From a virus (Duplodnaviria > Caudoviricetes), in IMG/VR virus record IMGVR_UViG_3300037010_001838: DNA of 64,000 nt, one strand, 5' to 3'. A program made the translations under genes and the position numbers. The first letter of the stretch is position 1. The number at the start of each line of letters is the position of its first letter. Below the pieces are notes generated by a model that did no database searches, was not told the DNA's origin, and was given only the letters and a program-made list of their open reading frames with translations. Shown here in pieces: positions 1-7,341 of this stretch.

Positions 1-19
1 AGTCCCATCGGCGGTGCCA
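1..19 (+). tRNA. 3' end of a tRNA truncated by the window edge
   Basis: agtcccatcggcggtgCCA resembles T-arm 3' half + acceptor 3' strand + CCA. Confidence 0.5.
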
Positions 20-26
20 AAACAGA

Positions 27-103
27 TGCCCCGTTCATCTGGTGATGACGCAAGGTTTTGACCCTTGTTGATTTTTCGAGTCCGATTCTCGACGGGGTTG
101 CCA
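27..103 (+). tRNA. tRNA-Gln(TTG)
   Basis: Anticodon arm caagg-ttTTGac-ccttg; T arm tcgag-tccgatt-ctcga; acceptor (t)gccccg/cggggt(t); G73; CCA. Confidence 0.85.
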
Positions 104-303
104 AAAAGGACGAAGTAAAATGAGCAAAGAAGATAAAAAGTAGCAAAAAATGCGTGGGCAGTTGAATAGATTAGAAACAGAATTAAAAAAGGCCCTAATA
201 AAAAGTCTTCCAACGTTGCTGAAATTGACGTTTCTGAGTATAATAGGTATAATAGAAGGATTCAAGATTTAAGAAAGAAATTGGGGATGTAATGATTTGA
301 TAT

Positions 304-380
304 GCCCTTGTATATCAGTGGACTAGATTGTCTCGCTTCGAACGAGAAGGTCGGGAGTTCGAATCTCTCCAAGGGTACCA
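304..380 (+). tRNA. tRNA-Arg(TCG)
   Basis: tctcg-ctTCGaa-cgaga; GTTCGAATC T loop; acceptor gcccttg/caagggt; CCA. Confidence 0.92.
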
Positions 381-436
381 GTATTGTAATAACAGAACTC
401 TAATATGAGTTAAACGATTTTTTAACCACAAAGGAA

Positions 437-799
437 ATGATGATGAAACAATACTTTTTAGGAAATTTTGGTGATGTAGAAGACGTTGAACACAAATTTC
501 AGATAGCACTGAATGATGGTGAAAAGATCTTATTAGCTTGGTATTCGTACGAAGATTATAGTGGATCCGCGTTTGTGTTGTATGAGCAAAACGGTAAACT
601 GTATGAGGTTAATGGATCACACTGTTCGTGTTATGGTTTGGAGGAACAGTTCCAACCAGAAGAAACGTCAGTAGAAGCGTTGGAATATAGAATGAATAAA
701 GGTACTTTGGGTCGTCGTGTATATTACAGCGAAGAAGGTTCCTTCAAAAATGAATTGTGTGATGTGTTGCAATTATATAAACAAAGACACAGAAAGTAA
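437..799 (+). CDS. hypothetical phage protein
   Basis: 120-aa ORF with SD (aagga); YSYEDYSG and GSHCSCYGLE motifs. Confidence 0.7.
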   Translation: MMMKQYFLGNFGDVEDVEHKFQIALNDGEKILLAWYSYEDYSGSAFVLYEQNGKLYEVNGSHCSCYGLEEQFQPEETSVEALEYRMNKGTLGRRVYYSEEGSFKNELCDVLQLYKQRHRK

Positions 800-823
800 C
801 AAACGGACAAAAAATCGTTCAAT

Positions 824-899
824 GGGACCATAACTCAGTTGGTAGAGTATCTGCCCTACAAGCAGACTGTCATCGGTTCGAACCCGGTTGGTCCTACCA
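824..899 (+). tRNA. tRNA-Val(TAC)
   Basis: tctgc-ccTACaa-gcaga; canonical D and T arms; CCA. Confidence 0.93.
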
Positions 900-905
900 A
901 ACAAC

Positions 906-990
906 ACCACTGTGGCCGATAGGTTAGGCACAGGACCGATAATCCTGGAGGGAAACCTCGAAGTTGGTTCGATTCCAACCGGTGGTACCA
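906..990 (+). tRNA. tRNA-Ile(GAT) with long variable arm
   Basis: cagga-ccGATaa-tcctg; 15-nt variable region gagg-gaaa-cctc-gaa; acceptor accactg/cggtggt; A73; CCA. Confidence 0.85.
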
Positions 991-1084
991 AATCAACACC
1001 GTCAAATAGCATTCGGTCTGCTATACCGAAGATGACGAAAGGGTGTGTACAACCTGACAGTAGTAGCGTGTTGTTTTAACTTTT

Positions 1085-1164
1085 GGGTGTGGGGACTGCA
1101 TGGCGTGGTCACCGGACTGTCACTTCGGAAAATCAGGAGGGTTCAATTCCCTTCACACCCGCCA
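1085..1164 (+). tRNA. tRNA-Asp(GTC)
   Basis: ccgga-ctGTCac-ttcgg; acceptor gggtgtg/cacaccc; G73; CCA. Confidence 0.88.
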
Positions 1165-1172
1165 AAAATTAT

Positions 1173-1244
1173 CTCTCATCTAGGGGAACTAGCTTATTGA
1201 CTACGAATCAATTCTGGATCGTTCAACTCGGTCATGGGGGGCCA
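1173..1244 (+). tRNA. atypical tRNA-Arg(ACG)
   Basis: attga-ctACGaa-tcaat; T arm gatcg-ttcaact-cggtc; acceptor ctctcat/atggggg; short D region; CCA. Confidence 0.6.
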
Positions 1245-1324
1245 ACATCATAAACAAATGTTGATATTAGTCTTTGTATTCAATACAATACAATGAGAGA
1301 ACAAACTTTTAAAGATTATTAACT

Positions 1325-1594
1325 ATGTCTAACACATTAAGACACAAAGAGAAGAATAAATCCAAAAGAGCAATACGTCAATATCGGGAAGATACAGATT
1401 GCTCTACCGAACACCCGTTTTGGATAGGTAAAGAAGAATTGGAAAACCCTGAACTGTTAAACATATTATACGATTTTTTGAATAAACCAGGGACTCGGCA
1501 TGGAAACAAAAGACGCTTTGAAGCATACATGAAGTGGAAAAAACGAAAGAAACAAAGAATTAAGTTAAACAAATTAGTTGATGAAATAGAATAA
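1325..1594 (+). CDS. hypothetical basic protein
   Basis: 89-aa K/R-rich ORF between tRNAs. Confidence 0.55.
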   Translation: MSNTLRHKEKNKSKRAIRQYREDTDCSTEHPFWIGKEELENPELLNILYDFLNKPGTRHGNKRRFEAYMKWKKRKKQRIKLNKLVDEIE

Positions 1595-1599
1595 TTATT

Positions 1600-1683
1600 G
1601 GAAGATGAACTGTTCTGGTGTTCAGGTTCGTTTGCTAAACGAAACGCTCCGCAAGGGGTGGGGTCCGATTCCTCCGTCTTCCG
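1600..1683 (+). tRNA. tRNA-Ser(GCT), no encoded CCA
   Basis: ttcgt-ttGCTaa-acgaa; long variable arm ctcc-gcaa-gggg; acceptor ggaagat/gtcttcc; followed by CCT. Confidence 0.88.
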
Positions 1684-1840
1684 CCTGGCACGCAAGATAG
1701 ATATACCGGTTGTCTCTAGTTGGAAATGATGTGAAAAATATTTGTGCACAAATATTGTAGCACGTTTTCATTAACTTTTATGCCGCCAAATTATAAATAT
1801 TCGTTTAATTAAAACACTTTAAAGTAATGCACCTTTATTC

Positions 1841-1912
1841 CCCCTTGCCAATGGAGTGGTGGGACGCCTTCTAAGCGACCTTATGCCTGTTCGATTCAGG
1901 CCAAGGGGACCA
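1841..1912 (+). tRNA. tRNA-Arg(TCT)
   Basis: cgc-ctTCTaa-gcg; T arm gcctg-ttcgatt-caggc; acceptor ccccttg/caagggg; CCA. Confidence 0.8.
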
Positions 1913-2246
1913 ATACACAATTCTGTGTATTTCTGTAGTACAAATACAACAATGGGGTTTTAGTGTAAACGTGAAAGCACGAGTCAACAGACGAAGAAAA
2001 AAGTCCACAACTTTTTATATCCCACCCCAAAAAAGGAATTTTATCATGAACGTTAAAGAGTTAGTGAAAGACCAAACTGTACATTTTCAGTTTTGAATTA
2101 TGGTATAAAACAAATAATGGATTTGAATTTCCTGTTCCAGTATCAGACACAGGGGATGGAGTATTTAACGATTCCGACAAAGCAATATTGTTTATGCGTT
2201 ACATTAGAAAACATTTAGATAATATTGAACAAGGGAAAATTAACAA

Positions 2247-2678
2247 TTAACCTTTTGTAAAATAATATAGTTCTTTGGTTTTAAACGTTTCCTTATACAT
2301 TTTCCACCCTGGAACTTTAATAGATTGAGCCATTCGGTTGTATAATTTTACTCTGGATGGTTCATCTAATTTTGCAGAAAAGAAGAACGTAACAACTTTT
2401 GGATATAATTCAATCCATTTTTTAATACACTGGATAACAGCAGCCATAACTTGAGAAGCATTTCCGGAACCCGTTATTCCGTGTGACGTTTGATTTCCTT
2501 TTTGAGCACGGAATGCAACGTTCCAAACCTGATTTCCTTTGTCATCATTCGTTTGTGTCTCATAAGCATGGAAAACATATTCCATCTCCCCAACCACGAA
2601 AAACATTTTACATTCCTCATATGTTTTAACGTCAACATGTATTTCTACACTCGAATTAAAAATCTCATTCAATCTCAT
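2247..2678 (-). CDS. hypothetical protein with MRLNEIF N-terminus (possible head-internal protein)
   Basis: Start at second Met; late-type cATAAATA at 2709-2702 on - strand. Confidence 0.65.
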   Translation of the reverse strand: MRLNEIFNSSVEIHVDVKTYEECKMFFVVGEMEYVFHAYETQTNDDKGNQVWNVAFRAQKGNQTSHGITGSGNASQVMAAVIQCIKKWIELYPKVVTFFFSAKLDEPSRVKLYNRMAQSIKVPGWKMYKETFKTKELYYFTKG

Positions 2679-3035
2679 TTCATGTCCCAATCGTTATATA
2701 ATATTTATGTTGTCTTTTAACATTAGTGTAAGTATGATGTCGATATAGCAATTTTAGGATAAATCATGAACCAAGGAACTAAAACGTGGGTTAGTACAAA
2801 GACAAAGATGCTGTCGGTGACCATTACGTAATTATGGAATTTTCGTCGAGAACTATACCTGGACTGGTGTGATAAGTTTTTCTTTGGGATGGCTTGGACA
2901 TAACTTATATGTGTATAATACAACACTGAACACCATGGCGCGGTAGCTTCACAAGAATGTGATTCAGTGTGAAAAAGACCTTCCAAGGAACCAACACTGC
3001 ATTGCAACAATAATTATTACGCCAGGAAAAATCAA

Positions 3036-3395
3036 ATGAGAAAGAATGACTTGATTAAAATGTTAACAGAACTTGAAGGCAATCCTGAAGTCGTGTTGTG
3101 GAATGGTATGGTCGGCGATTATATGCACATCGATTCCAAATTCATTGAAGGAAGTTTAGTTAGAATGACATTCGAAAATTACATGAAACAGTGTCAATTT
3201 GAAGAAGGTAGACACCAAAATAACATGAACTTTCAATTTACACCTGAAGAGGTTAAAGAACTGAAAAATTCTTACAAAAGATATGTTGATTGGGAAGACG
3301 ATGCATACGTTACTGACAAGGATATTGCTGAAAAACGATATAGCAGCAAACGAGTTGTATATATCAATTCAAAGCCTCGAGGTATTACATCTTGA
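3036..3395 (+). CDS. hypothetical protein (TGA stop possibly premature)
   Basis: 119-aa ORF with SD; frame stays open for 8 more codons (DRLGSIEY) after TGA. Confidence 0.6.
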   Translation: MRKNDLIKMLTELEGNPEVVLWNGMVGDYMHIDSKFIEGSLVRMTFENYMKQCQFEEGRHQNNMNFQFTPEEVKELKNSYKRYVDWEDDAYVTDKDIAEKRYSSKRVVYINSKPRGITS

Positions 3396-3495
3396 GACCG
3401 CCTTGGAAGTATAGAGTATTAATATACACTTAAAGAAAATTTAAATGGTGCTCAAAAGTATACAACCGATATGTAACTATAACAGGTGACCCAGA

Positions 3496-3783
3496 ATGAA
3501 CATTTTTGATAAACGTTGGTTAAATGCACGCAAATTCACTGAAAAGGTTAATTCTATTATTTCTGAAAATGAAGACTGCTTTGTGTTTTTTGATGGAGAA
3601 TCGTTTGATGAAATTAAGATCGATGAAGAACATCGGGAAATTTTATTAGTCTCAACTAATTGTGTTGTGTGCATTTACAATGGCGATAAAGATTGCGATG
3701 AAGGTGCTCATACTACATCAAAAGAATGGTTAACGGACACAAAACAACGATTACAAATTTTCAAAGAAATTCAGATTGAGTAA
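3496..3783 (+). CDS. hypothetical protein
   Basis: 95-aa ORF in + strand run. Confidence 0.6.
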   Translation: MNIFDKRWLNARKFTEKVNSIISENEDCFVFFDGESFDEIKIDEEHREILLVSTNCVVCIYNGDKDCDEGAHTTSKEWLTDTKQRLQIFKEIQIE

Positions 3784-3794
3784 GGAATTTTAAC

Positions 3795-4204
3795 ATGACA
3801 CACAAAATAGCCATAATACACGTCGTTGGTGGGCATTGTAGAGACTACAATGATTATGACAATAAAATTGTTTCAAGTATTTCTGAATGGGAAGATGTAG
3901 ACGATGATACGTTTAATCTATTAGTTAACTCTACCAATCACTTAACAAATAATTATCAAATCATAGAACACGTTAAGACAGACGATATTTTTGTTATAAA
4001 AAATGTTAAACAGTATATTAAGATGGTTGAAGAACAAAAACGTCGAGAAGATGAGGCAGAAGTAGAACGGGCAAAAAAGCACAACTTCGAGCTCAAAAGG
4101 CAAAAGAACGAAAGTTACAAAAACTTAGAAAAGATAAAGAATCTAGGCGTTTATTGTTAGAACAACTTCAAAAAGAATTTAAAGTTGACACCAAAAAGGA
4201 ATAA
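3795..4204 (+). CDS. hypothetical protein; C-terminal coiled coil lies in the -1 frame after A_AAA_AAG
   Basis: 0 frame ends at 4160; -1 frame from 4079 reads AQLRAQKAKERKLQKLRKDKESRRLLLEQLQKEF and stops at 4204, just before the next ATG. Confidence 0.6.
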
Positions 4205-4206
4205 AA

Positions 4207-4413
4207 ATGGATAAGCGAAAAGTAAAACAAGCAGTAAAACCAGCACCAGTTCCAGGGATTTTTGAAAACCCGATAAATCAGGAGCGGTGGGAATGCAACG
4301 ACATCTATGACATTCGTTCAATCGACGGAGTTGAGTTTCTTCAAGTTCATAAGTATGGAAATGATAGAACAGTGTTAATGCGCAAAGATGCTTTAAAAAA
4401 GGTTAAGAAGTAA
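4207..4413 (+). CDS. hypothetical protein
   Basis: 68-aa ORF with SD. Confidence 0.65.
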   Translation: MDKRKVKQAVKPAPVPGIFENPINQERWECNDIYDIRSIDGVEFLQVHKYGNDRTVLMRKDALKKVKK

Positions 4414-4421
4414 GACTCTTT

Positions 4422-4497
4422 CTCGTCGAAGCCAAAGGGAAAGGCAATAGTTTCCTAAACTATTATTTTGTCAGTTCGAATCTGACCGACGGGACCA
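4422..4497 (+). tRNA. tRNA-Arg(CCT)
   Basis: atagt-ttCCTaa-actat; T arm gtcag-ttcgaat-ctgac; acceptor ctcgtcg/cgacggg; CCA. Confidence 0.9.
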
Positions 4498-4514
4498 ATT
4501 TATGGAGATGAAAA

Positions 4515-4802
4515 ATGAACAACGATATCAGATATACGACGTGTAAAAAATGTGGACAAGTTCATTTTAGTGTATCATTAGCATATGTTCAAAATATTGT
4601 TAACACTTTTAATGAATATTTCGATACACTATCGATTGAAGATCAACAAACATTATATAATGGACAAAGATCTTCAATAACTCCATATACAAAATGTGTT
4701 GTTTGTGGTAACCCATACACAAATTTTAAACTTTTTGAAAATAACGATTGCCCTTCTGGTGTAACTATTAATCCAATCTTGGAAAGGAATGAAAAACTAT
4801 GA
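4515..4802 (+). CDS. hypothetical protein with two CxxC motifs
   Basis: CKKC and CVVC; SD ggag. Confidence 0.6.
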   Translation: MNNDIRYTTCKKCGQVHFSVSLAYVQNIVNTFNEYFDTLSIEDQQTLYNGQRSSITPYTKCVVCGNPYTNFKLFENNDCPSGVTINPILERNEKL

Positions 4803-5017
4803 CTGAACAATTTATTATCAATGATAAAGAAGTAAATGTTAATTCGTTGGAGGTTGATGGAGTTGATTCTTTAGATTATCCTGATTTCTGTGATGCTTAT
4901 TTCTGTTCAGGTACGTTTGAAGATGGGTCAAATATGTCTGATGATGAATTGAATGAGTTTTCCGATAAATATGGGTATATTTTAAATGAAAAGGCCCATG
5001 AAAGCCTTCAAGGATAA
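4799..5017 (+). CDS. hypothetical acidic protein
   Basis: 72 aa; ATGA overlap; DYPDFCDAY motif. Confidence 0.65.
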   Translation: MTEQFIINDKEVNVNSLEVDGVDSLDYPDFCDAYFCSGTFEDGSNMSDDELNEFSDKYGYILNEKAHESLQG

Positions 5018-5166
5018 GTCAAATGGTAATTAAAACAACGTCTTTAAAAGCAATGGCAACCGTGATTCGGTTTTTACGTGGTAAAAATCATGTTTTATAT
5101 AATCACTTTATGATTATTGGAAACCAACACGCTTAATAATAAATACTCGAATAACCGAGAAAAATA

Positions 5167-5406
5167 ATGAAATTAAAACAATTGTTTGAAACTGAATTAT
5201 ATAAGTTTTATTGTTCAAAGTCCAATGGATTTATCACGAGTGCTGCTAGTCTTACACCAGAAGTGATTTCGACAATGAAGAAACATTCTGAAAAGACGGG
5301 ATACCCTGTCGAAGTAAAGAAAGATGGAAAGGTTGTTGGAAAGATTACGAAGAGTGGTATGGAAAAGTTGAATGAAAGTGAAATCACAAAAGGTAAGACA
5401 AAATAG
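5167..5406 (+). CDS. hypothetical protein with MKLKQLFE N-terminus
   Basis: Late-type ATAAATA at 5139-5145. Confidence 0.65.
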   Translation: MKLKQLFETELYKFYCSKSNGFITSAASLTPEVISTMKKHSEKTGYPVEVKKDGKVVGKITKSGMEKLNESEITKGKTK

Positions 5407-5638
5407 TTGTGTGAAGCTGCAACCCATTTAATGTCCGAAAGAGTGGAAGATACACAAGCGGATTTAGTAGACGAGTTTACTGAACTATCAAAAAAACATA
5501 GGAACCACGCCGACTTCGTACGCTTGAAAAACAATTTGACAGAGGTATGAGGGATTTCAAAAAGGATATGAAAAAGATGACGAAGATTTGAAAAAATCTA
5601 AAGATTATGAAGTTGCAACAGTTATCTGTAAACTTTTG

Positions 5639-5667
5639 TTGACTTTCATAAATAAGTCATATATACT
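5639..5667 (+). promoter_or_regulatory. sigma70-type promoter of the leader/tRNA operon
   Basis: TTGACT-17 nt-TATACT. Confidence 0.85.
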
Positions 5668-5703
5668 TATAACACTAACTTAACAAACTTAAAGAATTTA
5701 CAA

Positions 5704-5805
5704 ATGTTCGATTCAACAAAACCAATTTTTATCAATAATGTAAACGTTAATAATAAACGTTCACACGCTGAGGCATTGACTGTTGAAATCAAACTAATCA
5801 TCTGA
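5704..5805 (+). CDS. putative attenuator leader peptide (33 aa, MFDSTKPIFINNVNVNNKRSHAEALTVEIKLII)
   Basis: Short ORF between promoter and terminator; codon run atc aat aat gta aac gtt aat aat aaa; too short for the ORF track. Confidence 0.7.
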   Translation: MFDSTKPIFINNVNVNNKRSHAEALTVEIKLII

Positions 5806-5833
5806 AAGTAAACAAAAGTTAATAGGCCTCGGC
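5767..5833 (+). promoter_or_regulatory. antiterminator helix
   Basis: gctgaggc-attgact (5767-5781) pairs with agttaat (5817-5823) + gcctcggc (5826-5833); 15 bp, 2-nt bulge; competes with the terminator 5' strand. Confidence 0.75.
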
Positions 5834-5858
5834 AGAGAAATCTCCCGAGGCTTTTTTT
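5826..5858 (+). terminator. rho-independent terminator (attenuator)
   Basis: gcctcgg-c-aga-gaaa-tct-c-ccgaggc followed by T7. Confidence 0.9.
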
Positions 5859-5878
5859 ATGTTCTTTAAAAATTTAAT

Positions 5879-5952
5879 AGTCCCTTAACTCAATGGTAGA
5901 GTGCTGTCGTGACATGGCAGATACAGAAGTTCAATTCTTCTAGGGACTACCA
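5879..5952 (+). tRNA. tRNA-Val(GAC)
   Basis: ctgtc-gtGACat-ggcag; acceptor agtccct/agggact; CCA. Confidence 0.85.
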
Positions 5953-5965
5953 AAGTTTCACTTGC

Positions 5966-6050
5966 TCCGGTCGGACTGGCTTGGTGAAGGTCTCGCACTG
6001 TTAATGCGAAGGCTCCGAAAGGAGGCGAGGTTCGATTCCTCGGACCGGAG
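5966..6050 (+). tRNA. tRNA-Asn(GTT) with long variable arm, no encoded CCA
   Basis: tcgca-ctGTTaa-tgcga; 16-nt variable region with ctcc-gaaa-ggag; acceptor tccggtc/gaccgga; G73. Confidence 0.85.
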
Positions 6051-6065
6051 CAAGTGGAATTTAAT

Positions 6066-6140
6066 GGGGTGTTAGTGTCAGCGGAAGCACAGAAGACTTT
6101 TAATCTTTTAGGCTGGATTCGAATTCCAGGCGCCCTACCA
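6066..6140 (+). tRNA. tRNA-Lys(TTT)
   Basis: gaaga-ctTTTaa-tcttt; acceptor ggggtgt/gcgccct; CCA. Confidence 0.88.
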
Positions 6141-6149
6141 AAATATAAT

Positions 6150-6223
6150 GCACCGCAAGCATTAAGGTGATGCAATAGGCTCTTACCCTGTAGAACACGG
6201 CTCAATACCGTGGCGGTGTACCA
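6150..6223 (+). tRNA. tRNA-Lys(CTT)
   Basis: atagg-ctCTTac-cctgt; T arm cacgg-ctcaata-ccgtg; acceptor gcaccgc/gcggtgt; CCA. Confidence 0.8.
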
Positions 6224-6228
6224 TATTT

Positions 6229-6312
6229 CCATCCGACACCGAACTGGTACGGTACGAGACTTTTAATCTCGCGTCTTTGACTATGAGGGTTCGAATCCCT
6301 CCGGGTGGACCA
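6229..6312 (+). tRNA. tRNA-Lys(TTT) with long variable arm
   Basis: cgaga-ctTTTaa-tctcg; 13-nt variable region c-gtc-ttt-gac-tat; A73; CCA. Confidence 0.85.
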
Positions 6313-6338
6313 ACATATATAACAAGGAAACGAGGTAG

Positions 6339-6367
6339 TTGACTATCAAAACGATTCTAACTATAAT
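6339..6367 (+). promoter_or_regulatory. sigma70-type promoter
   Basis: TTGACT-17-TATAAT; late-type ATAAATA also at 6408-6414. Confidence 0.75.
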
Positions 6368-6433
6368 ATTTTAAGAAGCATTTGGGGTTTTCTTAGTTGA
6401 GAGATTGATAAATACTCAAAATTGGAGTATTGT

Positions 6434-7072
6434 ATGAAGTTATTTGAAATTATTGGAGGAGAAGCTCTTCGAAAATCTGATAGTGTTAAAGTTAGAAATG
6501 GTTACACAGACACAGATTCATTAAAACGCCTTGGGGTTGGCCTTCAGGCTGTTGTAGTCGATAGAATAAAGAAGCCTGGAGTGGTAACAAAAGTCTTTGG
6601 TTTTAACACAGAAGAAGATGGGTATCTTCAATTCCTGCGGTTTATTCAAAAACACCAAAATAACCCCTTTTTACCTCGAATTTATAAAATTCGTCTGTAT
6701 CGGAAAGAGTTTGATATATACATCAATAGAACAGATTCTGTTTATGATAATACAGGAGTTGTTGACATGGAAAAATTATTACCATTAAATTCTCCTAAAA
6801 TTAAAGATGCTATTTCTCATCAACTTCAGGCACTCGGAATGAATGAACAGTTTGCCGAAAGTCTTGCAACGAGCCAATTGATTAATTATTATCATGATGC
6901 TGTTGTTAACAAAAAAATTGAGCGCAACGCTCAATTTGAAGAAGTTGTTAATTTCTTACGCACGTATGGTGCTATAGCAGATTTAGACTTACATTCAGGA
7001 AACATTATGGCAAGGTTAACTTCTGTTGGTCCCCAGTTAGTTCTAATTGACCCTATTTGGAAACCTGATTAA
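6434..7072 (+). CDS. protein-kinase-like (Ser/Thr or APH fold) protein
   Basis: LGVGLQAVV, VVTKVF, NPFLPRIYKI, DLHSGNIM (catalytic loop), LVLIDP; start MKLFEII after SD ggag. Confidence 0.7.
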   Translation: MKLFEIIGGEALRKSDSVKVRNGYTDTDSLKRLGVGLQAVVVDRIKKPGVVTKVFGFNTEEDGYLQFLRFIQKHQNNPFLPRIYKIRLYRKEFDIYINRTDSVYDNTGVVDMEKLLPLNSPKIKDAISHQLQALGMNEQFAESLATSQLINYYHDAVVNKKIERNAQFEEVVNFLRTYGAIADLDLHSGNIMARLTSVGPQLVLIDPIWKPD

Positions 7073-7081
7073 AAATATCTG

Positions 7082-7110
7082 TTGACCCTTTAATCGTTTC
7101 TGTATATAAT
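7082..7110 (+). promoter_or_regulatory. sigma70-type promoter of second tRNA cluster
   Basis: TTGACC-17-TATAAT. Confidence 0.85.
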
Positions 7111-7121
7111 ATTCCTTAATA

Positions 7122-7198
7122 TGTCCCGTTAGCTCAGTTGGATAGAGCACTTGTGTGACATGCAATATACGGCAGTTCAATTCTGCCGGGGACTACCA
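7122..7198 (+). tRNA. tRNA-Val(GAC), imperfect acceptor
   Basis: ttgt-gtGACat-gcaa; canonical D/T arms; two acceptor mismatches; CCA. Confidence 0.65.
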
Positions 7199-7211
7199 AA
7201 GTTTCAAGTGT

Positions 7212-7324
7212 TCCAGTTGAGCCGCGGGGTGTGGCAGCGGACTGATGCAAAAGCCCCTTCTAACGAGGAGGCTTTGATTAATCCGTGACGAAAGTCTAGT
7301 TTGGTTCGACACCAAAAACTGGAG
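7212..7324 (+). tRNA. tRNA-Asn(GTT)-like gene with a 33-nt hairpin insertion (7245-7277) in the anticodon
   Basis: Acceptor tccagtt/aactgga+G73; D stem gcc/ggc; anticodon stem gcgga/tccgt; ctg[insert]ttaa = ctGTTaa; variable arm gac-gaaa-gtc; T arm tttgg-ttcgaca-ccaaa. Confidence 0.7.
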
Positions 7325-7341
7325 CAGTTGGAATTTTATAT

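Noticed and set aside
35-1749. ORF-track entries overlapping tRNAs (35-265, 315-509, 773-1012, 888-1079, 1378-1749; also 5885-6232 and 25048-25470)
   Set aside because: Shadow ORFs from GC-richer tRNA sequence; no RBS or motifs.
1953-2033. tmRNA or tRNA starting ggggttttagtgtaaacg
   Set aside because: Only a D-arm-like half is present; no T arm, anticodon arm or tag ORF. At most a remnant.
3393-3422. Stop-codon reassignment (TGA read as Trp, giving GITSWDRLGSIEY)
   Set aside because: TGA and TAG end many other genes cleanly, often with ATGA overlaps; a single nonsense mutation or error is simpler.
5010-5085. Possible tRNA remnant with a ctTTAaa loop
   Set aside because: No acceptor or anticodon stem pairing.
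7256-7267. Amber suppressor (ttCTAac loop at the tip of the insert)
   Set aside because: Flanking stem is irregular, the arm would be too long for the ribosome, and TAG is used as a stop in this genome.
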